Below are positions 15,244 through 28,795 of a DNA stretch of 64,000 nucleotides, piece by piece. The stretch is from Piromyces finnis finn (Eukaryota; Fungi; Neocallimastigomycota). The translations under genes and the position numbers were made by a program. Under the pieces are notes generated by a model. The model ran no database searches. It was not told the origin of the DNA and saw only the letters and a list, made by a program, of their open reading frames with translations. Position 1 is the first letter of the stretch. Each line of letters opens with the position of its first letter. The stretch spans positions 372,001 through 436,000 of the forward strand of contig MCFH01000044.1 of NCBI GenBank assembly GCA_002104945.1, in the 5' to 3' direction.

Positions 15244-15816
15244 TATTATTTTTATTATTTTAAATATTTTATTTGTTGAAATTTTTAATGATAATCTATA
15301 TTATTTTCTTCTATTATATATTTGACTTTTAACGATTTTTTTTTTTTTCTTGATATATAAAGAAAAAAACTTTTTATGAATTGAAATTTATAAAAATGAA
15401 TTTAAAGAATTACATATTTAGTTCTTTTCTTTTGTTTTTTTTTATAATATTTCTTTTGATATTATTATTTAGATTATATAAATTAATTTTTGATAAAAAA
15501 TATATGTTTAATAATAACTTTTTTTTTTAATTTTTCTTATTTTTAAAACATTATTTCTAATATCATTATTACATATTATAACTCATGTATATGATATTTT
15601 AATATAATAAAAAAATCAAGTAAATATATCAGTACAATTATTATACTTTATTTCTTTAATCTTTTTATTATCATTAGCATTGTTTTTATCATTTTTGTAT
15701 TTAAAAAAAAGTTAAAATATTTATATTATAATACAATTAGTTGTTTATTGAATTTATTCATTTTTCTTTCATTTCTAAAAAAAAAAAAGAATAATGGTGA
15801 AAGCGCTTTACTGAAT

Positions 15817-16405
15817 TTATTGAAGCTTAGCTAAGAAATCGGTATCACGGTATAAGACGAATTCTTCCTTACCAATGTTAACAGTGTTACCACCAAAGTT
15901 TGGAAGAAGAACACGATCTCCTGGCTTGACAGCCATTGGGATAAGTTTACCAGTTTGTGGGTGAGTAAGACCTGGACCAGTAGCAATAACAACAGCTTCA
16001 TTTAAAGTTTCTTGTGATTTTTGTGGAATGTAAATACCACCATTGGTTTTACTTTCTGGCTTAACACGTTGAACAAGAACTCTATCGAATAATGGAACAA
16101 CCTTCTTACCAACAGAAGCAATGTTCTATAATAGATTAATAGAAATTTTTAGATTAGCGTCATTTATTTTAAAATAAAAATATATAACAATAAATCAATG
16201 ACTTTAATTTGTTACTAAATTTTCATTTAAAATTTAAAATAATATTTATAAAGTTCTTTAATAAATTATTTTAATTGGTATCTCATTATTTCAAAAAATG
16301 TTTAATTAAAAGTCTTATTAATTATTTAAATATAATTTTACATACGGAAGAGAAGCGAAGAGACATTCTCATTGGATTAACTCTGGTAACTAAAGAATTG
16401 AACAT
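15817..16405 (-). CDS. HSP10: Mitochondrial/hydrogenosomal-type co-chaperonin Hsp10 (GroES family); absent from the ORF track
   Basis: Exon 1 16405-16346 MFNSLVTRVNPMRMSLRFSS. Exon 2 (about 16125-15817) NIASVGKKVVPLFDRVLVQRVKPESKTNGGIYIPQKSQETLNEAVVIATGPG...VKPGDRVLLPNFGGNTVNIGKEEFVLYRDTDFLAKLQ*. PLxDRVLV and GGIYIP are GroES signatures. Confidence 0.95.
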
Positions 16406-18494
16406 TTTTGATAAATACTATAAAATATAAATTTCTGATTAAATTTATAAAAAAATATTATTTTAATAAAAAAAAAAGTTTTAAAAAAATTTTTATAACA
16501 CTTTTATTATTAAAAAAATTTCAAAAACTATTTTTGTAATATATTATAATATATTGATAATAAATGATCTAATTAATAATGTATGTAAAAAGAAAAATAC
16601 TAATATTGATAGTTATAAAAATTATAAAATAATATGAATACTTTGTACAAGAAATAAAACAATAGCGGTATTTCTATATAAATAGGAAGTTACACTTTAA
16701 AAATAACTCAAATCTCAAATTCATTAATACTACTTTCGAGAAATTGTAAAAATAAAATTATTTAATAAGAGGAAAATCCTATATTATACAAATAAAAAAA
16801 TTTATAATACAAAAGTTATATTAAAGAACTTTAAGATTTTATTTAATTCTTATTTTACTATATGTTATTTAAATTTATGTATATTAATTATTATTATTAT
16901 TTTATTTTAATTTTTATTCTTTTATAATAATGTGCCTTGTTTTTTTTATTTTACTACTACCAAAATTTATGGTAGCTTTTTTTTTTTTTTCTGATTTAAA
17001 GTATTTTTTATTATACATAAATCTTTTGAAAATCTACCAATTAAATTTTTTTATGATTAAAAATTTTTTTTTTGTAAAAGAAAATATAAAGGAAAAAGCT
17101 TAATTTAGAAAATAATATATTAAAATTAATTGTAATACATGAACCAAAAAAAAAGTAAAATTTCTTAAATGCTAATTTTCTCTACTTTACAATATATTAA
17201 TGAATATATTGTAATATGTTACATTTTCGAAAATTTAAGTTAATTTTATTTTAAATGGATAAAATTTGAATATCCGAGGAATTGATTAGAAAAAATTACT
17301 TTGAAATGTAATAACATTATAATTATAATGAATATGTAATTAAGTCCTTAAGAAATTAACAATATGTCAATTTTTTTATGGTAATTTTAAAGATGTTGTA
17401 GTACTGCATTTAAGCAACATAATTTATAGAATTATTTTTTGTAATATTAATTAGTATTAATATGATGATTTAATATTATTTTCATAATCTATGTAGTTTT
17501 TAATAAAATTATATTTTTTTTCCTAAAAGAATAAAAATAAATATTTATCGAAAATATTATTAAAGTCATTTTATGTATATTAACTATATTTTCAAAATAA
17601 TTTACACCTTAATATACAAATTATTATATTGAAGGTGTAAATTTCATTAAAAATATATATATAATTACTTTCTTATTATCAATTTTTGTTTATTACTATA
17701 AATTTTTTTTCAATATATATTATTAATATATAAAAATAAAATTAAGGAAAAATTTTATAGTGTATTTTATATATTATTTCAATCAAATCCTACATATATT
17801 AATTTTTATTACAAACTAGCAAATAAGTTAGAAATAATGTAGTTGTAATAATTTTTTTTATTCTTTGCTTCTTAATTTATTTATTTTAATTTTATTTTAA
17901 ATCAAAGTTTCTTTGAATACTTTAAAATAAAATTATATCTTTTAATATTTATTTATTGAAAATAGGTTTATATTAAATTAATAGGTAAATATGGCATTAA
18001 CAAGAAATAATTAGGTTTAGTTTTAACTTTTATTAATACTAGTATATATAAAAGTTTCCATTTCTAAAAAAATTTCCAAATACATTTAATATATATAATA
18101 TACACATGATTTTGATGAATTAATCAATATTTTAATATCATATTTTTAAAAAGTACCTAATTTGTTACATAACATTTCAATATTAACATTAATATATACT
18201 TTATATGCATAAATTATTAATTACTACTTTATTATTATAAAATACAGTCAATAATATTTGTTTTATACTTATATGGAAACAAAGAACAAAAAAAAAAAAT
18301 AAATATGTTAACATAATTTTCTAACATTTTATGCTTTTTTTTTAAAAAAAAAAGTGTAAATATTAAAGATGGAAAGAATTTAAATTAACTGAATAATAAT
18401 TTTAATTTTAAAATAATTTAAATTAAATGAAATATAAATTAATAAATATTAAATCTTTATATAATAATAAAATAGATATAGAATTGAAGATAAG

Positions 18495-20539
18495 ATGTTA
18501 TCTCAAAAATCTTTAAATTGTAAACAAATGATAAAATCTGGTTTCAGAAGAGCAATTGCTCCATCTGTTTCCATGACTACTAGTACTATAGCACTTAATG
18601 CTAAGCGTAACTATTCTAGCAAGTACAAGGATATTATCTTCGCTCAAGAAGGTAGAGACAAGCTTGCTAAGGGTGTTAATATTTTAGCTAAGGCTGTTTC
18701 TGTCACTTTAGGTCCAAAGGGAAGAAACGTATTAATTGGTATGATTAAATAAAAAATTAATAATTATGGAATAAAATTAAATAAAAATTTTTATTATAAA
18801 AAATTTATAAATTTAAATATAAAAATTAATTGAAAATAAATTTTTTATAATTCAAAAAAGAACAAGAATTCGACCCACCAAAGATTACTAAGGATGGTGT
18901 TACAGTTGCTAAATCCATTGAACTTGAAGATAAATTTGAAAATTTAGGTGCTAAAATTGTTCAAGATGTTGCTATCAAAACAAATGATGAAGCAGGTGAT
19001 GGTACCACTACTGCTACAGGTATAATTTATTTATAAAATAAAAAAATTATTAATTAAATATATCAATCTTAATAAAATTAATAAAAAAATAATTATTACA
19101 TTATTAAATATAAATTATTTTAAAATTTTAAAATATTAGTTCTTGCTAGAGCTATTTTTGCTGAAGGTTTAAAGAATGTTTCTGCTGGTGTTAACCCAGT
19201 CGAACTTAGAAGAGGTGTTCAACAAGCTGTTGATGTTGTTGTTGATTTTCTTAAAGAACAAGCCCACTCTATTTCTACTTTTGAAGAAATTGCTCAAGTT
19301 GGTACTATTTCTGCAAATGGTGATAAGCATATTGGTAATCTTTTAGCCGAAGCTATGAAAAAGGTTGGTAAGGAAGGTGTAATTAATATTCATGAAGGTA
19401 AAACTCTTGAAGATGAATTAGTTATTACTGAAGGTATGAAATTCGAAAATGGTTACTTATCTCCACACTTTATTACTGACAATAAGGGTAAAAAATGTGA
19501 ACTTGAAAACCCATATATTTTAATTTGTGAAGAAAAGATTTCTGTTGTTCAAGATATTGTTCCAGCATTAGAAATTGCTGCTAATAACCGTAGACCACTT
19601 TTAATTATTGCTGATGATGTCGAAGGTGACGCTTTAGCTACTTGTGTTCTTAATAAGGTTCGTGGTCAAGTTCAAGTTTGTTGTATTAAGGCTCCAGGAT
19701 ATGGTGATCACCGTAAGAACAATTTAGGTGATATTGCTTGTCTTACTAATTCCACTGTTATGAGCGCTAATGTTGAATTAACTTTAGATAAACTTACTGA
19801 AGAACATCTTGGTACTTGTGAAAGAATTACTGTAACTAGAGAAGATACCGTCTTCTTAAACGGAGCCGGTGATAAAGATAAGATTACTGAAAGATGCAGA
19901 CAAATTAGAAGTATTATTAAGGAAGCAGATCTTTCTATTTATGAAAGAGAAAGACATGAAGAACGTTTAGCTAAATTAACTGGTGGTGTTGCTGTCATTA
20001 AGGTTGGTGGTGTCTCAGAAGTTGAAGTTGGCGAAAGAAAAGATAGATTTGTTGATGCTTTACATGCTACTCGTGCAGCAATTGAAGAAGGTATTGTTCC
20101 AGGAGGTGGTACAGCTTTACTCAAGGCCTCAAAGGTTCTTACCAATTTAAAGGCTGATACTTTTGATCAACAACTTGGTGTTGATCTTGTTAAGAAAGCC
20201 ATTCAAGAACCATGTAAGAAGATTGTTAATAATGCTGGAGGTGAAGGTTCTGTTGTTGTTGGTCGTCTTTACAACAGTTTTGAAGTTAAGGGTGTTGAAG
20301 ACAAGGCCGTTAATAAGAAGGATTACAAACCATTCACTTACGGTTTTGATGCCTACAAGGGTGAATACTGTGATATGCTTAAGGCTGGTATCATTGATCC
20401 AGTTAAAGTTGTTCGTACTGCTATTCTTGATGCTAGTGGTGTTGCTAGTTTATTAACTACTTCTGAATGCATGATTGTTGATGGTGAAGATGAACAACCA
20501 CCAGCTGCTCCAGCTGGTATGCCAATGGGTATGATGTAA
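18495..20539 (+). CDS. HSP60: Mitochondrial-type (hydrogenosomal) chaperonin Hsp60/Cpn60
   Basis: Exons 18495-18738, 18861-19019, 19140-20539. [60 protein letters not shown], Gly/Met C-terminal tail. N-terminal Arg/Ser-rich presequence ending ..AKRNYSS. Confidence 0.97.
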
Positions 20540-22399
20540 AATAATTAAAAGTATTTGTTACTGAAGCCCACTGTCATAGTAAGAAATATCATATATTTTT
20601 AAATTTTAAACGTTATTTCATATACTTTCTTTTTTCAATATAAAATTTAATTTTTTTTAATCTATTTATAATACCATATATAAAAATTTTTTTTAATTTT
20701 CGTAAGAATAATCAATAATACAATATTTAAATAAATATTATTTATATAAAGAATATATATAAAATTCTTAACGTTGTAAAAATATTTTTTATCATTGTTT
20801 CTAATAAACAAAAATATCCCATTTCAAAATAAAGAAATCAGTAGTGAAAAGGGATATTGAAAAAATTATTTTATAAATATAAAATCTTAACAAAAAATAT
20901 ACACTTGAAAAAAAAAACATAAATGATAAAAAAAAAGTAAATTGAAAATTGAAGTAAATTTGCTTTTATCGCTAGATGGATAAAAAAAGGATAGTAAAAA
21001 ATATTTTTATTGTCTATAATTTAATATATAATCAAAGAGAATAGAAAATAATGAATAAAATGCATATATATAATTAAATAAATGAATAATAAAAAAAAAA
21101 AACAATAAAAAAAATCTTTATATATATGCAGATTAAAAATAAGAAATAATGAAAATAAAGAAAAAAAAATAATAATAATAAAAATAATAAAAAAAAATAT
21201 AAAATAAATTTTTTTAAATGAATAAATGATGTGTTATTCTATAAATAATATTAGTAATTATTGTTTAAGTATTGCAAAAGAATTATATAATTATAATGAT
21301 ATTAGTAGAATTAAAGTAATATTCAACTAACGGTTTATTTCATTTAACTTCAAATATAAATATTATAATTAAATTAACAAATTTAAATGCTGTTAGATTC
21401 ATAAATTTTTAAACTTAACTATTTAAAATTACAATAATATATCTATTAATTATCATATATTTCAAGAAGAGTATTTTAAAAAGTATATTACAATGAATTA
21501 AATTAAAATATCGTATCATAAAATTTAATTAATAATGAACAAAAAAATAAAATGTTTTCATAAATGTATTTTTCTCTTAATTAAATTTAATTTATTTTTT
21601 TTTTTTTCAAAAATCTAAATTAAAACTCTAAATATATAATATTAGACTTCCAAAATATTATAAAATTAAAACTTTAAAATTATTTTTTTTTTTTTATTTT
21701 TTATTTTCAAATACTGAACCTTTAATTATACTATATTTTATCAGCATAATAATAAAGAAAAAAAGTTTTTATTTTTTTATAAATAAAAATAAAAACATTG
21801 AATTTATTATTATGGTGATGTTTTAATACAATAAATATTGACTATAGTTCATTTAATGTTTCATGAGATAATTACTTATTATGAAAATTATACTGTTTCT
21901 ATTTTGTAAAAAAAAAAAAAAAAAATTTATTGAATGTTAATTCGAAATCTCTTTATAACTAACTTTAAATATTATGAAATTCTCATTAACTAATAGATAC
22001 AGAAAAATTTTATTAAATCTAATTTTTAATATAATAAAATTAGTAAAAATATTCACTTCATTGATTATCAAATAATTAATAATTGGATATGAAAACATAA
22101 AGTATTATACATTTAAAAAAAGAAATTATTAAAAAGGTACTATATTGATGTAAATTTTAGTTATAAATATTTTTATTTTATATTTAGCAGCCACTTTTTT
22201 AAAAAAAAAAATAGGTATCAATTAGAAGAAATTTAACCTAACATAGCAAAAATTTAATTTAAATATTGATATAATTATTATCAAAACTTATATTTTTTTA
22301 TTTTTAATTCTTTTGTTTTATATTTTTTTTGTATGCTACATTAAAAAAATATATTTATAATACATAATAAAAGCTTTAATTTCTTAATCATTACTATAT

Positions 22400-24454
22400 A
22401 TGAATATCATGTATATGAAATTAATTTAAGAGAAAAGGGATAATATAATTGAATTTCTATAGAAATATTGTATAACAGATTATTCTAAAGAAAATAACAA
22501 AAGTTCGATATTTTGATATATCAAATTGAAATGAACGCTCCACCTGAAATTATTAAAAATTATAAATGTAAAGCACTCAATCAATATATTAAAAAAAGAT
22601 AATAAAATAAAATTACGACATTAGTAAATAATAATACAGACATTGCAAAGATATTAATAAAACATAATGTAAATTTAAATTTTTTAATTACGATATTACA
22701 TATAATTAATAAAGTCAAGGACTTTTAAACCACAAATTTTTGGAAATAATTTAATACAAATTCATTATGGAATTTTTAAATTTATATAAAAATAAAGAAT
22801 TATATAAAAAAAATAATTGATTATGAAAATATAATATAAAAATAGTAATGTATCAAAAAGTAATAGCAAATAAAATTATTATCTATTAAGAATTTTATTG
22901 GTAAATGAAAGTAGCAAAGAAGAAGAAATCTTAATTAGAATAATAAATATGATTTATTAAAATATTCAGTAAAACCAACAATTATAATTTTGTTAAAAGT
23001 ATTTTATACTAAAAGCATATTAATAATAGATATATTCATTATGAAAGAATTATTATTGGGTCTATAAAAAAATTTGGAAATAGCATAATTTCTCATTAAA
23101 AATTTTATATAGTCTTCCAGCTGTTTAAAGTATAGAAACTTTTCTTAAATCTTAAATATTATAATTGATATTTTAATTTAATATCAAATTTGATGATAAA
23201 AATGAATAATATTATCTTAGTCTGATATTTGGTTGAAGACAATAATTTTATGCAATTATTGTTGAAGATATGAAAGATGAACTACCAATTACTATAGCAT
23301 TTTATTCAAATAATATGGAGATATTTATATATTTGATAAAATATGAAGTTAATAGCAATACCAAAAATAAAATTGGAATATTTTTATTATGAATGACTAT
23401 ATAAAATAGATTGATATTATAAATAAAGTGTTTAATAAAGTATAATGTTGATATTACTATAGAAAATTCTTCTGGTAATGCTCTAATTATATAAGTAGTT
23501 TTAAAGAATAATCCAAATATTGTAAAAAACCAATTATTAATTACAGTTTAGAAAATAAAAAAATCTTAATATTACAGAAAAAGATGAAAACGACAATTCC
23601 CCATTAGCAAATACTGTAAAACATAATGATACTGATATTGGTAAATACTAAATTCATTATGTTAATAAAATTGTGATCTCTATTAATATAAACAGAAAAA
23701 GATATTAACGTAAATTCATTACTACCCTATGCTGTTCATCATAATAATTTAGATATTATTATCACTCTTATAAATTATGGAATAAGTCATAATAATAATA
23801 TGAATACTTTAGATCCAGAAAGTAATACTCTTAATAATATCATATATAAAAATTATATGAAAATATTCAAATATTTATTAAGTTGAATTTCTAGATATTA
23901 ATCAAACAGATTTTATAATACAATATTATTATGCTATTGAGAAGGGCGATATGATGAAAAATGAAAAAATTTATTAATATTGGGGCAAACATTATTTTAA
24001 ATAGGATTATCTATTAAGGAAATATAGAAATTCTAGAGATATTATTGGAATATAATAACCAATTATTAAACGATAAAAATTATTTGAAATAACACCTTTT
24101 ATTTCGATAACTATATCTAAGAATTATACTATATAACATAAAGAAACTATTATTGAAAATTTAATAGAAAAGGGTGTAAATATAAATATGCCATGGAATT
24201 AATATGAAGATCCATCATTACTATTGATTTATGACTATCAAGAAGGTTATTCTTCAATTATTGGCTTTTTAATTTGCAATAGGGCTAATATAAATATAAA
24301 ATACAATAAAGGTAAAAGTTCTTTTATAATTAAGTACCCAATAGAAAATGGTGCAGATGTTAATATTAAAAATAATGAAAGGAAATCTCCATTACATTAT
24401 GAAGATGAAAATGTTACAGAATATTTGGTTATATCAAATAACAGTAGATATTAA
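22400..24454 (+). pseudogene. Disrupted ankyrin-repeat gene, paralogue of the two downstream genes
   Basis: Fragments in several frames, separated by stops, are collinear with the intact paralogues. 22501 KFDILIYQIEMNAPPEIIK (cf. NFDILIFAIEKKASLELIQ); about 22635 NTDIAKILIKHNVNLNF; about 23276 DELPITIAFYSNNMEIFIYLIKY (cf. GDYPIITAFYSNNLEIFEYIIEH); 24224-24454 IENGADVNIKNNERKSPLHY. Boundaries approximate. Confidence 0.75.
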
Positions 24455-24834
24455 TAAATGTTAATATAATTTATTAATTCTATTTTGTAAAATAAATAAG
24501 TTTAATTTCAACAATTATATATGTAACTAATAAACATTTATTTATTTGTAGTTTTCTTTATATATATTTTATAGAACATATTTTATTTTTTAGAATTTAA
24601 GGTTGATTTTGTATAAATTTTAAATTTAATTTTTCGAAGTACATATAAAAGTTTAAAAATAATAATTCTTTCTTATATTAATAATAAGAATAAACAAAAA
24701 AACCACTTCTCCAATTTAGTAGTATTAACACTGTATTAAATATATATATATTAAAAAAAGGATTTATTATTATTATCAATATTATTATTATAATTTAATA
24801 TTAATTTTATTTAATTATAATATAATTAATTATT

Positions 24835-27252
24835 ATGGAATATATTGAGGAATTAAGAGAAGATATAATTGATTTGATCAATAAAAATGATATAAATAAT
24901 TTTGAAAAATACATAAAAAATAATTATATAACGTTAAAAGATTTAAATGATAAAAGCTTTGATATATTAATTTATTCCATTGAAAATAATGCCTCATATG
25001 AAATGATTAAATTCATAATTGACCAGTGTCAATATGAAACATTAAATTATTTTATTGTTAAAGATGGTATATTTAAAATTCCTTTATTTTATGCAATCAT
25101 TAAAAATAATTTCAGAGTAGCTAATTTATTGTTGGAAAGAAAAGCAGATATAAATTTTACTCTAAACAAAACCAGTATTGTATATTATTTATTTAAATTA
25201 AATTTCCTTAATAAAGCAAATTTAAGATATATATTAAATAAAGGATTCAATATTAAATATATTACTTACAATATCATTGATGAGTTTATTCAAACTTTCC
25301 AGAATGAATTCTTAAATATTTTTTCAGATCATATTTACTTTTCCCTTGTTTTAAATTTACTTAAAGTTTATAAAAACAAAGATCCTATAAATGATCAACA
25401 ATTAAAAAAACTTTTAATTAATAATAAAGATAAAATAACAGTTGATGAATGTCTCTACAACAACGCCATTAATATTAATAATTACCATGCTATTAAATTT
25501 TTATTTTGTCATGATTGTAGTGATCAAGATATTATTTTTCGAAGGATTAATAAATATGAAATATTAGAGAAAGCCATTAAATTAAATGATTACTATTTTA
25601 TGAAAAATATATTAAATTATGAAATGTTTAATACCAGAAATATTAATTCTAGAAAATTATTTTTAGATGCTAATAAGACAAATAATATTAATATTATGAA
25701 ATTACTCATTAGAAAATCATTAGAATTCTGTCCAGATAATTTTGTTAATACAAATAATGGTGTCTCAAAAATATATAATATCAATTATTTGAATTTAATT
25801 TTAAATTCTGCTATTGAAGCATTAAACATTAATTTAATAAGATATTTAATAGAGGGAGATGAATTTAAAAATCAAATAGATATTAATGTACCAGATATTA
25901 ATGGTAATTACCCTATTATTTCAGCATTCTATACAAAGAACATTGATATATTTAATTATTTATTGGATAAAGGAGCTGACTATAATGTTAAGAACATAAA
26001 TGGCATTCCTCTTCTATCTTTAGCAATTGATAATAATCCTTGCATTGTCAAATATCTATTGAAAAGAAAAATAAATATTAATGAAAAAGACGCAAGTGGA
26101 ACTTATCCTCTTATTAAAGCAATTAATAAAAATAATATTGATACAGTTATTTTATTAATTGAATATGGTATCACTAATAATATTGATATGAATATCATAG
26201 ATATGAATGGTAATACCCCAATTACATTAGCCTATAAATTGAATTTTGATAACATTTTTAGATTTTTATTAAAATATTTAGATATTAATAAAAAGGATTC
26301 AAAAGGAAATAGTATATTATACTATGCTATATTTAGAAATGATACTGACACAATCAAAGATTTAATTAATTTAGGAGCAGATATCAATTTTAAGGATAAA
26401 TTTGGAAATTCGGCTACTCACATTGCAATATTTAAAAGAAATCAAAATATTTTAAGAATTCTACTCAATAATAGTAATTTATTATTAAATGTTCCAAATA
26501 ACAAGGGTGAAACACCTATATTTACTATAATAAATATTCCTAATTATAGTATTGATGAAAAATTAATAATTATTGATAGTTTAATTAAACGTGGTACAGA
26601 TATTAATTTTGAAGATAATGATGGATATACACCTTTAATTTGTGCTATTCAAACAGGCTCATTACCTATTATTGAATTATTAATAGAGAATGGAGCTAAT
26701 GTAAATCATATAATTAAAAACAAAAATAAATCAGTGTTGACCTTTGCAATTGAGTTAAGTGAATTAGAAATTGTGAAGCATTTGGTGAATTGTGGTGCTG
26801 ACGTTAACTTTAAAAATGAAAGTGGTGTATCAATTCTGGGTGAAGCTATTGATAACTTAAAATGGGAAATATTTAAATTTTTAGTAAATTTCAATGCAAA
26901 TAATTGTATGTCAGGTGATATATATGAAAAAGATATAGTTGAAAAGGTAATTGCTAATAATAAATTGGATATACTAAAATTTCTAGTAATTAATAATTTG
27001 AATATTAATATGAAAGATAAAGAGGGTAATACACCTTTAGCTTATGCTATTAAAGCTCAAAATAGTGATATTGTTAAGTATTTAATTGAAAATGGTGCAA
27101 ATATAAACCATAAAAATAATAAAGGACAATCTTATGATGATGTTAATTTGGCGTATAACTCATATATTAATAAAGGATATCAATATTATACAGATGTAGG
27201 AATGAAAATTAAAGATCTTAAAACAAGCATACGCAGAATTAGACATCATTAA
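24835..27252 (+). CDS. Intronless ankyrin-repeat protein, 805 aa
   Basis: Repeated ANK motifs: GNTPITLAY, GNSATHIA, GETPIF, DGYTPLICAIQTGSLPIIELLIENGANVN, GNTPLAYAIK..IVKYLIENGANIN. Confidence 0.92.
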   Translation: MEYIEELREDIIDLINKNDINNFEKYIKNNYITLKDLNDKSFDILIYSIENNASYEMIKFIIDQCQYETLNYFIVKDGIFKIPLFYAIIKNNFRVANLLLERKADINFTLNKTSIVYYLFKLNFLNKANLRYILNKGFNIKYITYNIIDEFIQTFQNEFLNIFSDHIYFSLVLNLLKVYKNKDPINDQQLKKLLINNKDKITVDECLYNNAININNYHAIKFLFCHDCSDQDIIFRRINKYEILEKAIKLNDYYFMKNILNYEMFNTRNINSRKLFLDANKTNNINIMKLLIRKSLEFCPDNFVNTNNGVSKIYNINYLNLILNSAIEALNINLIRYLIEGDEFKNQIDINVPDINGNYPIISAFYTKNIDIFNYLLDKGADYNVKNINGIPLLSLAIDNNPCIVKYLLKRKININEKDASGTYPLIKAINKNNIDTVILLIEYGITNNIDMNIIDMNGNTPITLAYKLNFDNIFRFLLKYLDINKKDSKGNSILYYAIFRNDTDTIKDLINLGADINFKDKFGNSATHIAIFKRNQNILRILLNNSNLLLNVPNNKGETPIFTIINIPNYSIDEKLIIIDSLIKRGTDINFEDNDGYTPLICAIQTGSLPIIELLIENGANVNHIIKNKNKSVLTFAIELSELEIVKHLVNCGADVNFKNESGVSILGEAIDNLKWEIFKFLVNFNANNCMSGDIYEKDIVEKVIANNKLDILKFLVINNLNINMKDKEGNTPLAYAIKAQNSDIVKYLIENGANINHKNNKGQSYDDVNLAYNSYINKGYQYYTDVGMKIKDLKTSIRRIRHH

Positions 27253-27927
27253 TTTATTTAATCAGAAAAAAATTAATATTATATAAATTATAAATCAACA
27301 TCATATATAAAATACATATATGATAGTTATTTAAAATATAATATTATAATATTTGTTTTATTTCTTGTAAATATTTAATACACATTTATTTAATTTTTAA
27401 AAAATTATAATAATTATTTATTTTTACATCAAACTTCAATATTACAATATAACTGATATTTAATTTTATATAAAAAGATTCTAATCCACTTTAGTTATAA
27501 CTTCAGAATTATTAATGGTTCATTGAATAATTGGGTTATAAACACATCTTTCTATTACAATATTATTTTAAATTCAAAATAAATAATAATTATTTAATCC
27601 ATATACAATGATATTTCGAATTTTTAAGATAAATAAAGAATTAATAGAACTATTACTATTATTATTATGTAATATATTTTTCTTTAGAAAGTACTTTTAA
27701 ATTGCCTGTATAAAAAATACAAAATAATTATAACTTTGTTAAACTTATTTGAATAAAACTAATTTTAAATATTACATAATAGATTTAACCAGTATTAATA
27801 AATTTTCCAAGTATAAAAATATTATTGAGAGAAACTAAAGCTTAATATTTATAACTTTTTAATGTAACTTAGCCACCATTAAAAGAACAAATAACAATTA
27901 AATTTTATTTTTAATATATTATTATAG

Positions 27928-28029
<102 letters not shown>

Positions 28030-28795
28030 AAATTAAATATTTTTGAATATTCTTAATTTAATTATTATCTTTATTTTATTTTGGTATCTTCTAAATCTTT
28101 TAATTAATATTTTGTTCCAGAATTTTATAGATATATTATCTTTAATTATTATTAAAACTTCAATTTTGCATTCATTTATTACTAAAAGGTTAATAGGATG
28201 TTTATGAAGAACAATTTGTTCAGTACATATATATAATTATAATAATTTATATATATATGTTTATATTGACAAAAACTCAATTAATTCTACATTTATTAAC
28301 ATCAAATTTTAATAATTAGAGTTATTTTTATTAAGTATTACATTGAGTAAATCACTTTTAATAGTTTTATAAGAATTAATATTAACAAAATTATCATTAT
28401 TATATATATATATTAAAATTCTATTATTATATTAATTTTTACTAACTCAATACAAGTACCAATTATTAAATAAGTAAATAATCAGTTTTTGAATATTTCT
28501 ATTTTGATAATAAAAAAAGGAAAATAAATTAAATTAATTTATAGTTGATTAATTAATATATTTATTTACAGTTTCTTAAAAAAACTGCATTATAATTATA
28601 GTATATTCTGTTAAAAAAAAAAAAAGAGTATATTTCTTTGCAAATGAATTCTATAAAACATAATTATTATTATAATAATAATAATAATAATAATAATATT
28701 TATTCATCAATTCATATATTATAAAAGCTATTACTAAAAGACATTTTTTAAATTTTTTATTATTTAAATAAAAAAAAAAAGATAGCATTTATATA

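Noticed and set aside
16406-18494. Canonical heat-shock element in the HSP10/HSP60 spacer
   Set aside because: Only a two-unit TTCgaGAA at about 16735; no three-unit nGAAn array seen.
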